The translations under genes and the position numbers were made by a program. The notes under the pieces were generated by a model. It searched no databases. It was not told where the DNA came from and saw nothing but the letters and a program-made list of their open reading frames with translations. From Peribolospora baueri (Eukaryota), in the NCBI GenBank assembly GCA_029717555.1, contig JAMDHS010000034.1:62001-126000 (forward strand): a stretch of DNA of 64,000 nt. Direction: 5' to 3'. Every line of letters begins with the position of its first letter. Position 1 is the first letter of the stretch. Positions 34,706-48,227 of this stretch are shown in pieces.

Positions 34706-36760
34706 CAGGCTGGCCGTCGTATTGCCGTATCGCGCCGTCGCGGCGCCGCCGTATCGCCGCCGCGCACGCATTCGTTTCGTTCCTTCCTCGTTCCTTCGTT
34801 GCTGCCTTGTCTGTTCGTCCCCTCCGCCATCCGCCTACACCTCGCCGACGTGTACACGCACATGGTCCGCTACTACGCTCTGCGTGCATACGTATCTATG
34901 TGTGTATGTGTATGTGTGCGTGTGTGTCTTCACGTCTGTCCTATCCGTCGTCAGTGTCTCGGGACATGGGGACTTCAAGCGGCTTTGATGGGGGAAGGAG
35001 AGGGACGGATGGGCGGACGGGCGGCTTCAAAAAGCTTGTCCTGCCTTGTTCTTTTTTTCTGTTCTCTTCTGTTCGTGTTCACCCGAATCACGACTCGACT
35101 CGACTCGACGGGGGAGGAGGACGGAAGGGAGGGCGACCCGGCTCTTCCCGTCGTCGTTATTCCTTTCTCAGACCGACGACAAGAAGAAGGGTCTCCTCGC
35201 CTCATCTCCCACCGCCCGCTCACACGACACACACGACACGGGGAAGATTGGCCGAGGCGAGCGAGGTACAGACATACGTAGCTAACTGTGCGGACACCAC
35301 AAACTCCAGCCCAGACAGGAAAAGGACGTCGGACAAGCCGATGGGTAGCACCCACCCACCCACCCACCCACCCTCCCTCCCTCCCTCCCTCTATCTATCC
35401 ATCCATCCATGAGAACCCGGTGTCATCATCGCTGGACCCTCGCCGGCTGAGCAAGACACCAGGAATACGATACACATGTATGCGTCAAGGCGGGGGTCAT
35501 GCGCTCGAAGGAAGGAAGAAGGGGTTCATGTACCCGCCGGCATCAGCATCGGGGCGCAAGCATGGATGTTTCTTTTGTTTACGCCGACGGGCGTCGGGCG
35601 GCGTCCGTCGACGTCGGTCGTCGGCGCGCAGCGGAGGTGGAGCGAGGGCGAGACATGGGCGTGCTGGGCTAATCAACGAATGAATGGTGGATGAAGCGGA
35701 ATGGAGTGGAGTGGAGATGGAAGGTCCCACGGTCCTTCGTTCATTTCCATCGATCTACGGACGGACGGGCTACGACTGTTCGCTGTTCACCGTACGCCGT
35801 GCCGTCGTCGCCTTGGTCGCCGGAGATGGGAGCAACGGCCCGCGGGACCAACAACCGAACGAACTATTCAACCGGCCGGCGTTTGTCTCCTTCCTTCCTT
35901 GTTCCTTGGCACCGACCCGAGAACACGGACGGACGGAGCGGCTCAAGACGTCATCAGTCAGCTCGGCTGGGCCGCAGTCGGGTCGGGGCCGCAGCAGTCG
36001 GCCCAGGCCCCGTCTTAGCCTACAGATAGGCGCTTTCTCTGGCCGCGCACTGGACGATGGATGGCACGGAGGACGGGTGGAGAGCGCAGGACGAGGAGGC
36101 ACATGGTTCGTGAGCGAGGGGAGTTGGGTGAGAAGGGAGTCCGTCGAGGGGTCGACTAGGCTTAGTCACATTCGTCGACGCGGCCTGAAAGCTTATCGTA
36201 TTCGCCCACCCCAACGTCGCCATCGAGGGGGCGCGGAGGTGAACTGGTGGGGTGTGAAAGGAGGGACGGACGGATGTGTTCGCGTCGAGAGACAGACGGA
36301 CAGATAGACACCGCCGGCCCGACTAGGCCGCACACGAGTGACACGGAGTGGACGGAAGGGAAAGGGCCGCTGAACGGAGCCTTCTGATCGTACGTACATA
36401 CGAGGGCCTAGGGCGGAGGCTACGTACATTGCTCACAGGATGTGTCGCCGTGGATGGATGGAGACGGTCAAGCCGAGCGTGCGGTGCGGGTCGAGTTCGC
36501 GGAGACGAGACGGGACGGGAACGGAAGCGAAATTGCGCGCTTTCATTTCCGCCGCCCGCCCGGCCGCCCGGGTTGTCGCAGATGGATATGGGACCGTCCC
36601 ATCCAGGGAGTCGTGCTACTACAGTCGAGTCGAGGCGGTAGATGATCTCGATATCATCTCGACTTGTCTCGGTTCTTTCTATCTCTCTCGTAGCCGAGCC
36701 GGACAAGCGGCGGGCGGACGCACGAGAGCGAGGCGGGATCGAACGGACTTGCTTCGTTTG

Positions 36761-36814
<54 letters not shown>
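36761..36814. repeat. (TCAA)13 microsatellite
   Basis: Perfect tetramer array in the long intergenic region upstream of SFP1. Confidence 0.97.
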
Positions 36815-36815
<1 letters not shown>

Positions 36816-38741
36816 ATTATTACGGAGCTGACGGATGTTAACTGCATGTTGAATTCAAATGAACAAGCCCGCCGGCCTCCTCTTGCTTTCCCACGTCCGA
36901 GCAGGGCCCACCCCACCCACCCACTCACGGCAGGGCGAACGAACGGACGAACGGAGGCGAACGGAACGGCGGGGGCGGGCACGCATACCAAGACATGCGA
37001 ATGGAACCGTCCCCTTTCCCGTCCGTCCATCCTCGGCGGCGGATGGGACGCGGTTTCCCGAACCAAGCCGCAGCAGGAAGGGCCCTCTGTGATGTGTGAT
37101 AGCTCTGCGTCCCGTCCCGAGCCGAAGGGAGGGAGGTGGTCGTCTCCGCTCCGCTCCGCTCGTCGATGGGCCAAGCGTCTGGTGTAGGTGCGGATGGAAG
37201 CAGAAAGCAGCAGCGGAACAGATCGTAAATGGCACCTCCGCTCGCTGCCCTCGGTTCTGTTTGGATCCTCTTAGGCCGGCCGGCCGAGCCGAGCGGAGCG
37301 GCGACGGCGACGGCGACGGCTGTCCTCGTCGTCACATTACGCCGTCGAGCCGTGGCCGTTTGTCCTTTCGTCGTTGTCGTTGTGTCGTCGTGTCGTCCGT
37401 CGATGGGTCGATCGGTTGCCGTCGGTCCGAGCATGGGCCAGCAAGGCCATCACGACCATCACGACCAGCACGACCAGCAACACCAACCCGGGCCAAGCAA
37501 GGGCGTGGTGACGACGCCAGGGGCGGCCACGGGCTGAGTGCGAACCGGAGCAGGAGCCGGAACCGGAGCCGGAGCCGGAGGGACGAAGAGGGAAGCGGGC
37601 TTGTATTTGTCGGACTAGCTGCGGTAGCGCGCGTGCTAATCCCACGGGGCACACAGCCCAAGCCCAAACGCGAAGCCCCCGTCCGCTCCGGCGAAGACCA
37701 TGCGTTGATGAGGCCTTGGGGGAACAATCAAAACCGAATTTGTAGTGATGATCGCAGCAGTGGTTAGTGTCCCGCCGCGCATTTGCTTACTTTGCTCCTT
37801 ACCGACGTCTAAGCGAGGCGAGCGAGGGTGCGACGCGGGCGAGCGACCGCGCGTCCGTCCGTCCGTCGTCAGTCAGTCAGTCAGTCAGTCAGTCAGGCAG
37901 GCAGTCGCCGTCATTCAGGCGACCCATCCGTCGACCAGCGACAGCGACCCGCGCGGGGCAGTCACGCTCGCCTCGCTCACCGACCGACGAAACGCCCAGC
38001 CGGCCCAGCCCAGCGCCGTATCCTACTCAATCGCCACGCCCATCCATCTCATTCATATCCGTCCCGGCCACCGTCCACCCATCTTCCCATCTCCCACCAT
38101 CTCCCACCACCTTCCCACCCCCTCCCCCCTCCACCACCGTCTTCCTCCGCCATCCCATCCCCCCTTCCCTTCAAAAGGACCGCAACCGCGACTCCAGCCC
38201 AGCCCCCGCTCCCGCTCTCTTGCCCGCCTCCTCCCCCACACCGTCCGTCCTTCGACACCCCATCGCGATCCTATCTCCCACCAAAAGGCGCCTCCCCCGC
38301 CACCGAGCACCCGCTCTCTCTCCGTCCCACGTCCACTCGCCATCTCCATCTCCAAAAGGCGCCCTCGTCGTCGCCACCACAGCTACCAACAGCACTTCCT
38401 CCCCGTCGATAGACTGGTCTTTCGACGCTCCCTACCGCTTCGCATTTCGGCCCCGTCCAACGCATCGCTTGTACCAACTCGACCGACGCCCACCGGACCT
38501 CTCGCTCTAGCCGGCCTTCGTTCGAACCAAAACCGCCCTTCTCCCAACCCACCGTCGACGCATTGTATTGTCCTGCACTCGCTCAAAATCTCAGTCGTCG
38601 ACATCCCCAAAAGTAACCAAAAAATAGGGGCGCGCACACGGCCATCGTCACCGCCCTCGATCCAACCGCAATCCCCACCCACTCTTTCCTATCGTCACGG
38701 CGTCGCCGTTTTCGTCCACGGTCACTTTCCCATCGCCCACC

Positions 38742-40927
38742 ATGCCAGCCCCCATCGCCATCGCCTCCTCCTCGCGCTCGCGCGACGTCGACTCGTTCGG
38801 CTCGCCCCGCAACGGACCCGCCGGCGGCTCTGGATTCAGCTACGAAAAGACCGGCCTCGCTGTCAGCTATGGCCGCGCGGACATGGCCGAGTGAGTCACG
38901 CGTGGCACCACCATGTGTCGTCGACCCCTGTCCACATGGACGACGGGACGGGCACGGCTGGGCTTTCACGCGCCTCCGTCCTCCTTGGCCCTGTGGTCGA
39001 CCGCACGTTGGTGACTCACCTCGCTTCTCCTCCCCCTCTCCACAGCGTCATGGACTACTCGATGGCCAGCCTGTCCACGTCCACCGACTCGGAGGCCACC
39101 GCTTATCCCTCCTCCCGTCTTGAGACCACCTTTTGCCGCGATTTCACCTGCTGCGGCCTCGCCCTCGACGACCTTCACGACCTCCTTCAGCATTACGAGG
39201 AGTGCCACGTTCGCTTTGAGGATGACGACGTGATGATGTCCGACGACCTCGATTCGCCCTCTTCCTCTGCCTCCACCGCCTCCACCTCGCAGCCACCCAG
39301 CCCGCGCACCTCGCCCCGCGCCGGCAACAGCCTTTCCACCGCCGACCGCCTCGCCGAGCTCAAGCGAAGAGCGGCGGCGAGCATGCTGGACAATATGTAC
39401 GACGAAGAATCCTCCCCCGCCACCTCGGCGTTTGACAACTCCGTCGTCCGCTCCTCACCCTCGTCCGCTGCCAAGGGCAAGAAGCGCAGCTTTGGCTCGT
39501 ACGCCAGCGGTCCCTCCGCCTTTGACGCCTCCCACGCTTCCCTCCGCCGCTCGCTCATCGACGGCGGCTTTGGCAACGCTCATCGCCTCAACAGCCCCTC
39601 CGTTTACTCTGCCAATTCGCCCTTTTCCACACCCGATTCGTCCATGCCCGGCACGCCCACCATGGAGAGCTTGGACGTTGCCGGCGGCAGCGACTTTTTT
39701 GGTGCCGCCGTCGCCCCCGCCTTCTCGTCCATGTCCCTCCGACAGCAGTCTGCCGCCTCGTCCACCGACAGCGAGTCCCACTTGCCCTCTTGCGCGCCCC
39801 CCAACCTCTTTTTCCCCGCCAACGGCAACCACTCGCACGGCTTCCCCGCCAACAAGCGCCATCAGGCCATGCCCGGTTCCGCTACCTCTACGATGGCCGC
39901 CGCCAGCGCTTCCGAGGGCCACATCTCCCGACCGGCTGCGACGCTCACCGTCGACAAGCCGTACAAGTGCCAGGTGCCCGGGTGTGACAAGGCGTACAAG
40001 CAGATGAACGGCCTCAAGTACCACCGCCTGCACGGCCACTGCAACCAGAACAACCTGCCCATGCAGACGGCCACCCAGGCTGCTCAGGCCAGCGTTCACG
40101 TTCAGGGCGTTCGGTCCCCCCTCCCGAACCCGCAGGCCGTTCGGCAAAGCACGGCGACGCCTACCCAGGCGCCCGCCACGCCCGTCGGCACGCCCACCTC
40201 CACCGCTCCGAACTCGCCCCGCGTCCAGATTCCCACTTCGCTCCCCGGCACGCCCTCTTCGACCGCCTCGGGCCCGGCCACTCCCGCGAGCAGCGGGGCG
40301 ACCCCCGTGAATGGCGCCCCGCCTATGCCGTCGATGCCCTTGTCGGAGAACATCACCAAGCCCTACGTCTGTCAGGTGGGCGCCTGTGGCAAGAGGTACA
40401 AGAACATGAATGGCCTCCGATACCACTACCTCCACTCTGGCGCCCACGGCATGCTCGGCCTCCAGCTCCTCCACGCCAACGGTGGCGCCGCCGGCGCCAA
40501 GGTGGACCCCAAAACGGGCATGCACCCCAACCTCGTCATGCCCCCCGGCGCCGTCGCCCTCGCCGCCGCCACCCAGCAGCAGGTTGGTAACGGCGCCAAC
40601 GCGGCCGCCGCCATGGCCGCCGCTCTCGCCGCCGTGTCCAACAGCAACAGCCGACCGGGCACGCCCCAGTCGGCTCAGCAGATCCAGCAGGCCCTCGCCG
40701 CCGCCGCCGCCGCCCAGCAGGCCAAGGCGGCGGCCGTCGCTCACACGAACAACAACGCCGGAGCGGCGAGCAACGCCGCCGCCAAGCTTATGTCCTCCTC
40801 TTCTCCCACCCCCGCCCTCGCTGTCCCTGCCAACCCCGTCTCTTCGGCCGCGGCGCCCATGCCCGAGCCCAACGATGCCGCCTTCCGCCCGATGGCGGCA
40901 GGCGCGCACCCCGGCCAGGTAGCGTGA
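38742..40927 (+). CDS. SFP1: Split C2H2 zinc-finger transcription factor Sfp1
   Basis: ATG 38742, intron 38891-39045; FCRDFTCCGLALDDLHDLLQHYEECH, KPYKCQVPGCDKAYKQMNGLKYHRLHGHC, KPYVCQVGACGKRYKNMNGLRYHYLHS. Confidence 0.92.
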
Positions 40928-43900
40928 ACGTCCCCCCCCCCCCTCCCCCTCCCGAGCCGGCCGGGACCGCTTCCCCACATTTCTCTCTGTCTCCATCGCT
41001 CTCTCGCACCTTGTCGCTGTCCTTTCCGCCTCGTCTCCCATACGCATACGCGCACCAAACTTACTTTACGTTGATACGATTATACGTTTCGGCCACGCAA
41101 CTGGGGGATCGGAGCGTACCTCGCATCCATAGAGGCGCTGCACATATCCTTACCTCGTACGTTTCTCTCGCTCTCGCTCCACGGCGCAGCTCGAGGTTTT
41201 GAATATGTCTTGCTTTACGCCTCGATGGTCCTAGTTTTGTTCTTGTTCGGCCATGTCCTCCTTCGTCCACCTCTCGCTTCTCGGCTTTTGTCTCCGTGTC
41301 GTCCCTGTTGTCTCCTTCTCCTTCCCCGCCCCTCTTTCCCTCGGTCCTCCATCTCAACCCCCTAGTCTTGTGCTTTAATACGGCCATCGTCGTCGTCTAT
41401 GTGTGCGCTGGTCCGTTGTGAAAGGTCTGAGAGCTCGTTGAGAGAGTATATACGTTCGCCCACCACCGCCAAGGTGGTCGGGTGCACGCCGTCCGACGAC
41501 ATTCGATCAAACTGTCACGGGTGTTCCGCCCTGAGCGGCGAGGATGGGAGGCGGGTCCAGGAAGGGTCTAGGTGTCCGTCGAGGTGCGGACCGAGCGAGC
41601 CGAAAGGCGGGGCGGGGCATCACGAAGACGGCGGCTTGGTCCCGCTCGCTCTCGCCTTTCTGTCACTCTTCCGCGCCCATCTATCTTCTGTCCGCCGGCG
41701 GCTGAGGGCAGCGAGGCGCGCCGCAAACAAACAATCCCAGCTCAGACCAGACTAAGCGAAGTGGGCTGACCTTAGCGCGCAGTGTGTGTTTGTGGAGTGT
41801 TCTCGCCGCATACGTAGATCCGGTTGGTCGGTTGGCATCGGCGGATCGGCTTCCCAGCTACCCCCGCACCCGCTCGCGCGCCCGGCCCGGACGAGACGGA
41901 CATGCGCAGATAGAGACAGATAGACAGACAGAAGCTAGAAAGATGGAGAGATGGCCGAATTTGACCATCGTATTCGGAGGGGCGTAGTTCGCCACGTATA
42001 GGTATGTATGTATGTTACGTCGCAATAGTTCGTTACGACGTTCACGTACGACGACGGGCCTTCCGCTTTGCTCATCTCTTCCTTCCCTTCCTCCCTTCCT
42101 TGCTCGCGCGTCGTCACCGTCACCGTCATCCGTCGTGGGGGCATCGGTGAGTTTGTTCGTAAGGGGTAGCGCAGCGCAAAGAGAAAGAAAAAGAAAAGAA
42201 AAGGAAGCCACGAGCGTTGTTGTTGTGGCCTCTCCCGTCTCCCGTCGCCGTCGTTATTTCTTTCCACGCCAAGCTGAACAGCCACGGCCGGCCGAGTGCC
42301 TGCTTGCCGGAAGGCCGTAGGCTCCCTTGGCAGGGCACGGCACGTCAGACTAAAAGTCTCTGGGCATCTCCGACCTCGACAGCCCAACACCGACACAACG
42401 TCTCGCCTCAAGCGGTCAGTCCGGTTCCCGTTCGCTCGCTCTCGTCGGATTGGAGAGATGGAGGAGGGAAAACGGCGACAACGGCGAGCATGCTCATCGT
42501 TGTGCGTGCGTGCGCCGCCACAAAGACCATTGCTGTGGATGATGAGAGCAAGACTGCACGGCCCACAGGGGGGAGGGGAAGTGGCAGGCTTGAGGTTGCA
42601 TTGGACGCGCCCATCAGCCGGAAGACGGTCGGTCCACTTTGGCGTTGATAAATCACAGGATGACGCTCCAGGCCGTGACGGGGACGTAGGCGAACGTGGG
42701 GATGGACCGCTCGCCCCCCCACCGATCGCATAGGCTGAGAAGATCTGCGAAAAGAACGGACGGTATCAATGGCGCCAGAGGTTCGTCTTCGAACAAGGCA
42801 GCCGACCAAAGAAGATGCGCCCAGGAGCGTAATGTAATATGTTATGGAGATCTTATTCCCCAATGGAGGCATGCTCGCGCGCCTCCTTGTCAGTGTCCTG
42901 CGGAGTGTAGCCAAATAATTAAGGGCTGGAGTTGACGAAAGGAACCCTATGTTCCGCTTGCACCCATCGACTCGGCCGGATCGAAGCTGACAAGAGTTCA
43001 GAACGGATCGTCTGGGCACGCACCCAGGAGACGATATCGAGCGTCCTCATCAGGAACCGCAATGACGCAACGCAAGGGTCGACGAATACTCGGTCATGTC
43101 CCTGGCACTCGACGGTAAGGAGGAACGCGGCTTGTCTGTCCGTATTCGTCAAGGGTGAAAGCGAAGCACAATCAGTTCGTCCTTTCGGGTTGTCGGGAGA
43201 CCTCGCGCTCGTCGTGTCTCTTTTGAAAGGGACATGCTTAACGGACGAGGGTGAAAGGGCCATCTGCAAAGTGGAGGCCGTCCCGAGACAAGAGCAGAGA
43301 CCGAAGAGAAGACCTGAAGAAGAAAAGCGGAAAGGTCAAGTCGAGAGGATTTTGTAACGTCGTCACCGTCCTCGCGTCTCCGCGCTCCTTTCCGGTCTCA
43401 AACTTCACTCTCAATTGTGTATTGAAAACCGCCGCACAATCGTCTTGTAAAGCCACAGGCACTTCTGTGGCTCGTCATCATTCGCAGGTCGATGCGACAC
43501 TCACGGTAGAGATATGCTGCAGGTCGGCCGGTGCCATGGTGGGGTGCGTTTGCTTGTGCGACTGAGCGGACGACAATGTGGTCTTTCGACGAGCCGTAGC
43601 CACGCTGAGCGACCGCAAAGACCAACCAGCGTCCAATCCCTGCTCACGTCTTGGGGGCCCCGTCGGACATGGTGGGGCGCGATCAAGTATGGATGCTGAT
43701 CAGCGGTGCGTCCTCGAGACGAGGACCAGAATGGAGCTCAGCGCGGCTATCCATTCACCGCAGTACCGACGCCGCCGAAAGTGGGGCACCAGCCTGTGGC
43801 TCCACGTGACTAAGACCGCAGCAGCCGTGTACCTAGCGGCCGTGCTATTCCTGGGCAAGAGCCGTCGACGTCAACGGACGGCGACGAGCGACGGTGGTGG

Positions 43901-44038
43901 TCTTGGTCTGCACTGCTTGCAGTCGGCAGTATACAAGGCCCCCTTTTGTTCATACCAACGCCACTACCACCTCGAAAGGTCACCTCCTCCCGTACACGAT
44001 CTTTCACCACCGCCCAGAATTCGACCGGGGTCGTCGCT

Positions 44039-46353
44039 ATGGCCCTCCTCATGAACCGCCTCTTCGCCCGAGCCGACACAGTCCAAGGCGACCCCGAAAC
44101 CCTTGCCTCCCTCCCTGCCTTGAGTGCCGCCGAGGCGGGCCAAGCCGCCGCTCCCTCTAGTGTTGCCATGGATGAGGGACGGTCGCGATCTCCCGTACCG
44201 GCTTTGTCCTCGCCGCCCGCCACTCCCGGCGACGGAGGTCATGCGGAGAGCAGTCGCGGCAGAGGCGGCGGAGGCAACACGCGAGGGCAGAACGCCCGAC
44301 GTCGCAAGGACATCGACTCCTCCACGTTGTTTGGGCCTCCGGTCGTGGGCACGGGCGTAGGGAACAGGAAGGGTTTCAGAGGCACTACCGGTGCGAGCGC
44401 CTCCCTTTGGGGGAGGTACTTGGACTTCGCCGGTTCGAGGAACGCCGTAGTTAGAAACGAAGGGCTCGGCGTAGCCGCTGGTGACGACGGTCGAGGAGAG
44501 GAGGACAAGGCGGAGACAAATGCGCCTCTGGAGAAGCAGATGACGGAGAGAGAGAAGGAGGAGTTGGCGAATGGCGTCGACGTTGAGACGATCAGGAGAT
44601 GGGTGGAGAGGAGTGGACAGGTGGGCCCAAGCGACGTTCTCTAACCAGACGGTATTGGGCAGTTCCTTTTGACCTCGTTTCCTGACTCTCTGGCTGTGCT
44701 CTTCTCTCTTGGCTACATCTCCAGCACCCCGCCGCCCTATCGACGACGCTACAATCGCTTGTCAACCTCAAACGCAATACTGTCCGTCTCGCGCCCCTCC
44801 CGTCCACCACGCCATCCTCATCCCCTGCGCCGTTAGACTCCTCTGTCTTGTCGCCCACTCACTCATTTGTTTTCACGCTCGACTCTGCCGCTCCTCGTAC
44901 CCGCATCCGCCTCATCGCTCGCCATTCAGCTACCACGTGTCGCGCCAAAGTTGGCGCTGGCGCACGGGGCTGGCACGAGCTTGGAGAAATCATCTCCGAG
45001 AGTGCCATCTCCAAGAGGTGTTTTGGAAGGGAGACGAGTGTGAAGGTGCAATTGCCTCCACCTGTGAAAGGAAAGAAGAAGGTGGAGAGTAGCGACCCGA
45101 TCTTGACGGTGGATGGCGGTAACGGAGGGACCAACGTGGAGAGGGACGGTGCCGAGCTGGACGCGGAGCCGGAGCCGGAAGACGAGAGGGAGTTTACGTC
45201 GCCAGTCCCCGCTCCAGGCTTGGAGGACGAGGTCGTCCCACTCGGTGATATTTCTTCTCCATACGATAACGCTTCGCCTTCGACTACTCCGGCGCCAGCA
45301 CGAAACGGTGAAACGGCCGCCGGTGCTACGGCAGAAACAAGCTTGAAGGGGAAAGAGAAGGAAAAAGACGCACCGGTGCCGGAGACATGTAAGCTTGGTA
45401 TCTTGGTTGAGGCGTTGGACGCAGACGGTGAGCCAAAGTTTTGTCTTCATCCTCGCCACATGGAATCATTCTTCTCGGTCAGGAGCCGTTCCGGACTGAC
45501 GATTACGATTTCCTCTCCGACCTTCTCAGGCGAACCTCTACCTTCCGACATGGCCAACTCGCAAACGACCTTCCTCCGCGTCACCGGGACGCCTGTCGCC
45601 TCTGCATTGTCCGACGACACTCCTGTCTCCGCCTTGGAAGAGCCACAACGACGCACCTGGCTGATGCAAGTGGAAGGACAAGAGGCGCAGATTGGTCCTC
45701 ATCGGTTCCAGCTGCAGGAGCTCTACGCGCTCTCCTCGCGTCCGCCGGTTGTTATTCCCTCTGGGCAACCTTCTGCAGTCGGAGAAGATGACGAGCGCGA
45801 GCACGAGCCCGCTGAGGGAGAGGATGACGTAGATGGTAACGGCCACCATGACGAGGCTGATCCCTCCTTCCTCGGAGGCGTCGGAGGAACGGGCTCTGGC
45901 GGCACCGAATGCCTCATTTGCCTCAGCTCGCCGCCGACCACCGTTCTCCTCCCTTGCACTCACGGCCTCTGTCTCGAGTGTGCCGTGCAGTTGCGGGAGA
46001 GCGTGAAGAGGATAAGGGAGACGGAGAGAAGGAGGGGCAGGGCGCCCAGGAAGAAGTATGTCTGTCCTGTTTGCAGAAGGCGTGAGTGTCCCCCCCCCCT
46101 ACTAGTTCTCCTTGTCGTCTTCGTGTCTTTGAAGCTATTAAGGAAAATAGGTCCAGGGGCAGAGGGCAGGGCGGAAGGAGGGCTAGTGCTGACTGTTTCT
46201 TTCTCCATCTCCATCCTATTCGTCCCCACAGCTTACCAGTCCATGCTGCACATTGCTCGAGCGACAGAAAAGGAAGAGGCCAGAGACGTGCTCCTGCGTC
46301 GAGATGTGTTTCAGTCCTCCGCTACTGTTCATGCAGCTCAGGCAGCCGAGTAG
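44039..46353 (+). CDS. RING (C3HC4) E3 ubiquitin ligase, MGRN1/RNF157/LOG2-like, multi-exon
   Basis: TTLQSLVNLKRNTVRL, NSQTTFLRV, QIGPHRFQLQELYALS, and RING ECLICLSSPPTTVLLPCTHGLCLECAVQL...CPVCRR. Confidence 0.82.
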
Positions 46354-48112
46354 AATCCGGACTTGACGAAGGCCTTCGGCCAGACACTAAATTATCGTCG
46401 CATTCGGCTTGGCTTTGTTCCCCATGCTTCGTCGTTGCTTGTCCAGCTTCGGACGACGGATGATGGGGGTGGATCGCACTTCGTTGGGTTTGACTGATCA
46501 TTTCCCCCGCCTACCCTTCACACTTTGCCTCTGCTCCCATCCTGTGCTGCCCATTCCATATCTTTTCCAAGTTCCTATTACCTCGCTCGTTTCTTTTGCT
46601 TTCGTGTTCGAACCCTGTGCTATCTATCGCTGTGCCTTCTCCCTTTCCTTCTGCTACCGTCCTCTTTTGTCATGTTGCCATACGCAGCCTCACGCGGCCT
46701 CCGCGTGACCCTATTGCCCTCTCCTCCCTTCTCAAACCGTGCCGCACGTGGCTCGCCCTTTCTTTCTCGTCATTCTCCCACCCCAGTTGCTCTTGTGTAG
46801 TTTTTGCTCGACAGGCTCTCTGTTCTTGTCCCTTCCTGGGGCTCCTGTATTGTCATCGATTTGTGTACGTGCGTGAATCTTGGAGTTTTGAGTACTACCC
46901 GGGACGGCCGAGCCGGCGATGGACTCTCTGCCGGACGCTCAGCCGTGGTTACTACTGCCTTGCTTCGAAATGCACGCCCTCCATCGAGCACTACTCTCGG
47001 CCTGTCTCCCCCAGCTCTCGTGGTCCGTGCACCGCCCGGCGGCTCCGTAAACTCGCCACCCTCCAAACGCTGACGTCGTCCGGACTACCTCTCACCGTTG
47101 TATTTGTTTACCTGTGATCACCCACCCCCCCCCTTCCCCCTTCGCCCCTGCCCATTCTCTTATGTCATACATGGCACGATGCTCCGCATCTCACCCCACC
47201 CGGCTCGCGTTGTCATCAATGTCGCCCCTTGTTCAAATATCTCCCCCTTCTTCGCATCGGAACCTTTCCCTTTTCCCCGCCGCTACCTCAGCGTCGTCCT
47301 TTCTCTTCCAACCCGTTCTACGCTCGAGAGCCTCCCATGCCTCGTCAGCCAATCTTGTCGCCGTAGGATTTCTGTCCGCAGTCGTCGGTTCTCCGGGGAC
47401 AGAGCAACGACTGAGGAGAGGAATATTCCGTCACGCCGACTCTTACCCATCATTAATTAGCATTTGCAGCCATTTCCCTCCGAAACCTTCTCATGCTCCT
47501 CTTCCAACCTCCACGTGATGTTGTCGTTGTTCGAAGGCGCGAAGTCGCCCTTCGTGACGAGCGTCGTTTCGGAGGTCTACTCGCTCTATGCGAAGCGCGC
47601 GGCGTCCACGCATCGGCGCCGCGACCATGCTCAGTCTCCGCGTATCTATGCGAACGCAACGCGTGGTTACCTGAATTAGCTTAGAGAGAAGCCAGAGCAT
47701 TGCCGCGCGCAAAGTGCGAAGTTACATGCTTGCAATGCTTGCATGCAGCATGTCGGCATGGCAACGGCGCCAAAATAAGGTGGAACGAGCGGGATGTCGG
47801 GCCGACACGCATGTAGCCCTTTGTGCGATCGAGCCGTCGCTTCCCCGCCGTCCTTGATGAAGGAGCGGCAAAGACGGAACACTCCAATTTGGCTGGGAGA
47901 CTGGGACAATGTCTGTGGATGCGATATCAGCTACCTGCACTAACGGCGGAAGCCAAGCGATCGTCGTTCGGGGGGTGGCAACCGCTAGGCCGAGCCAACA
48001 TGTAGCTAATCCTTCTGGCATTTCCCCACTTACTCACCCGGTTCAAGATATTTTCTGTACGGAGTACTTGTGTGCCGTTATCTGAAGGAGACCGACTCGG
48101 ACGGTAGCAAGA

Positions 48113-48119
48113 TATATAA
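48113..48119 (+). promoter_or_regulatory. TATA box of the methyltransferase gene
   Basis: TATATAA about 110 nt upstream of ATG 48228. Confidence 0.6.
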
Positions 48120-48227
48120 GAGCGCTGGGATGTACGGTGCTCTCTGGCCTTCTCAAGCGGCCCTCTCTCTCCTCACGACAGCCACCCGCCACCGGAGGAC
48201 ATCCTGCGAGTTCTACTGCACCTCAGC

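Noticed and set aside
34112..35412. 389-aa and 263-aa ORFs downstream of the orphan gene
   Set aside because: They run through poly(T) and microsatellites, typical of 3'UTR or intergenic DNA.
37745..38741. 1060-aa ORF call extending SFP1 by ~330 codons upstream
   Set aside because: The extension is C-rich, low-complexity leader-like sequence in which stops are rare; a clean ATG 38742 plus GT-AG intron model explains the gene.
39455..41047. 530-aa antisense ORF over SFP1, and similar ones such as 20754-22088
   Set aside because: Shadow ORFs caused by high GC3 codon bias on the coding strand.
46400..48050. Short ORFs between the RING and methyltransferase genes
   Set aside because: No consistent exon chain or recognisable protein; cannot be supported from sequence alone.
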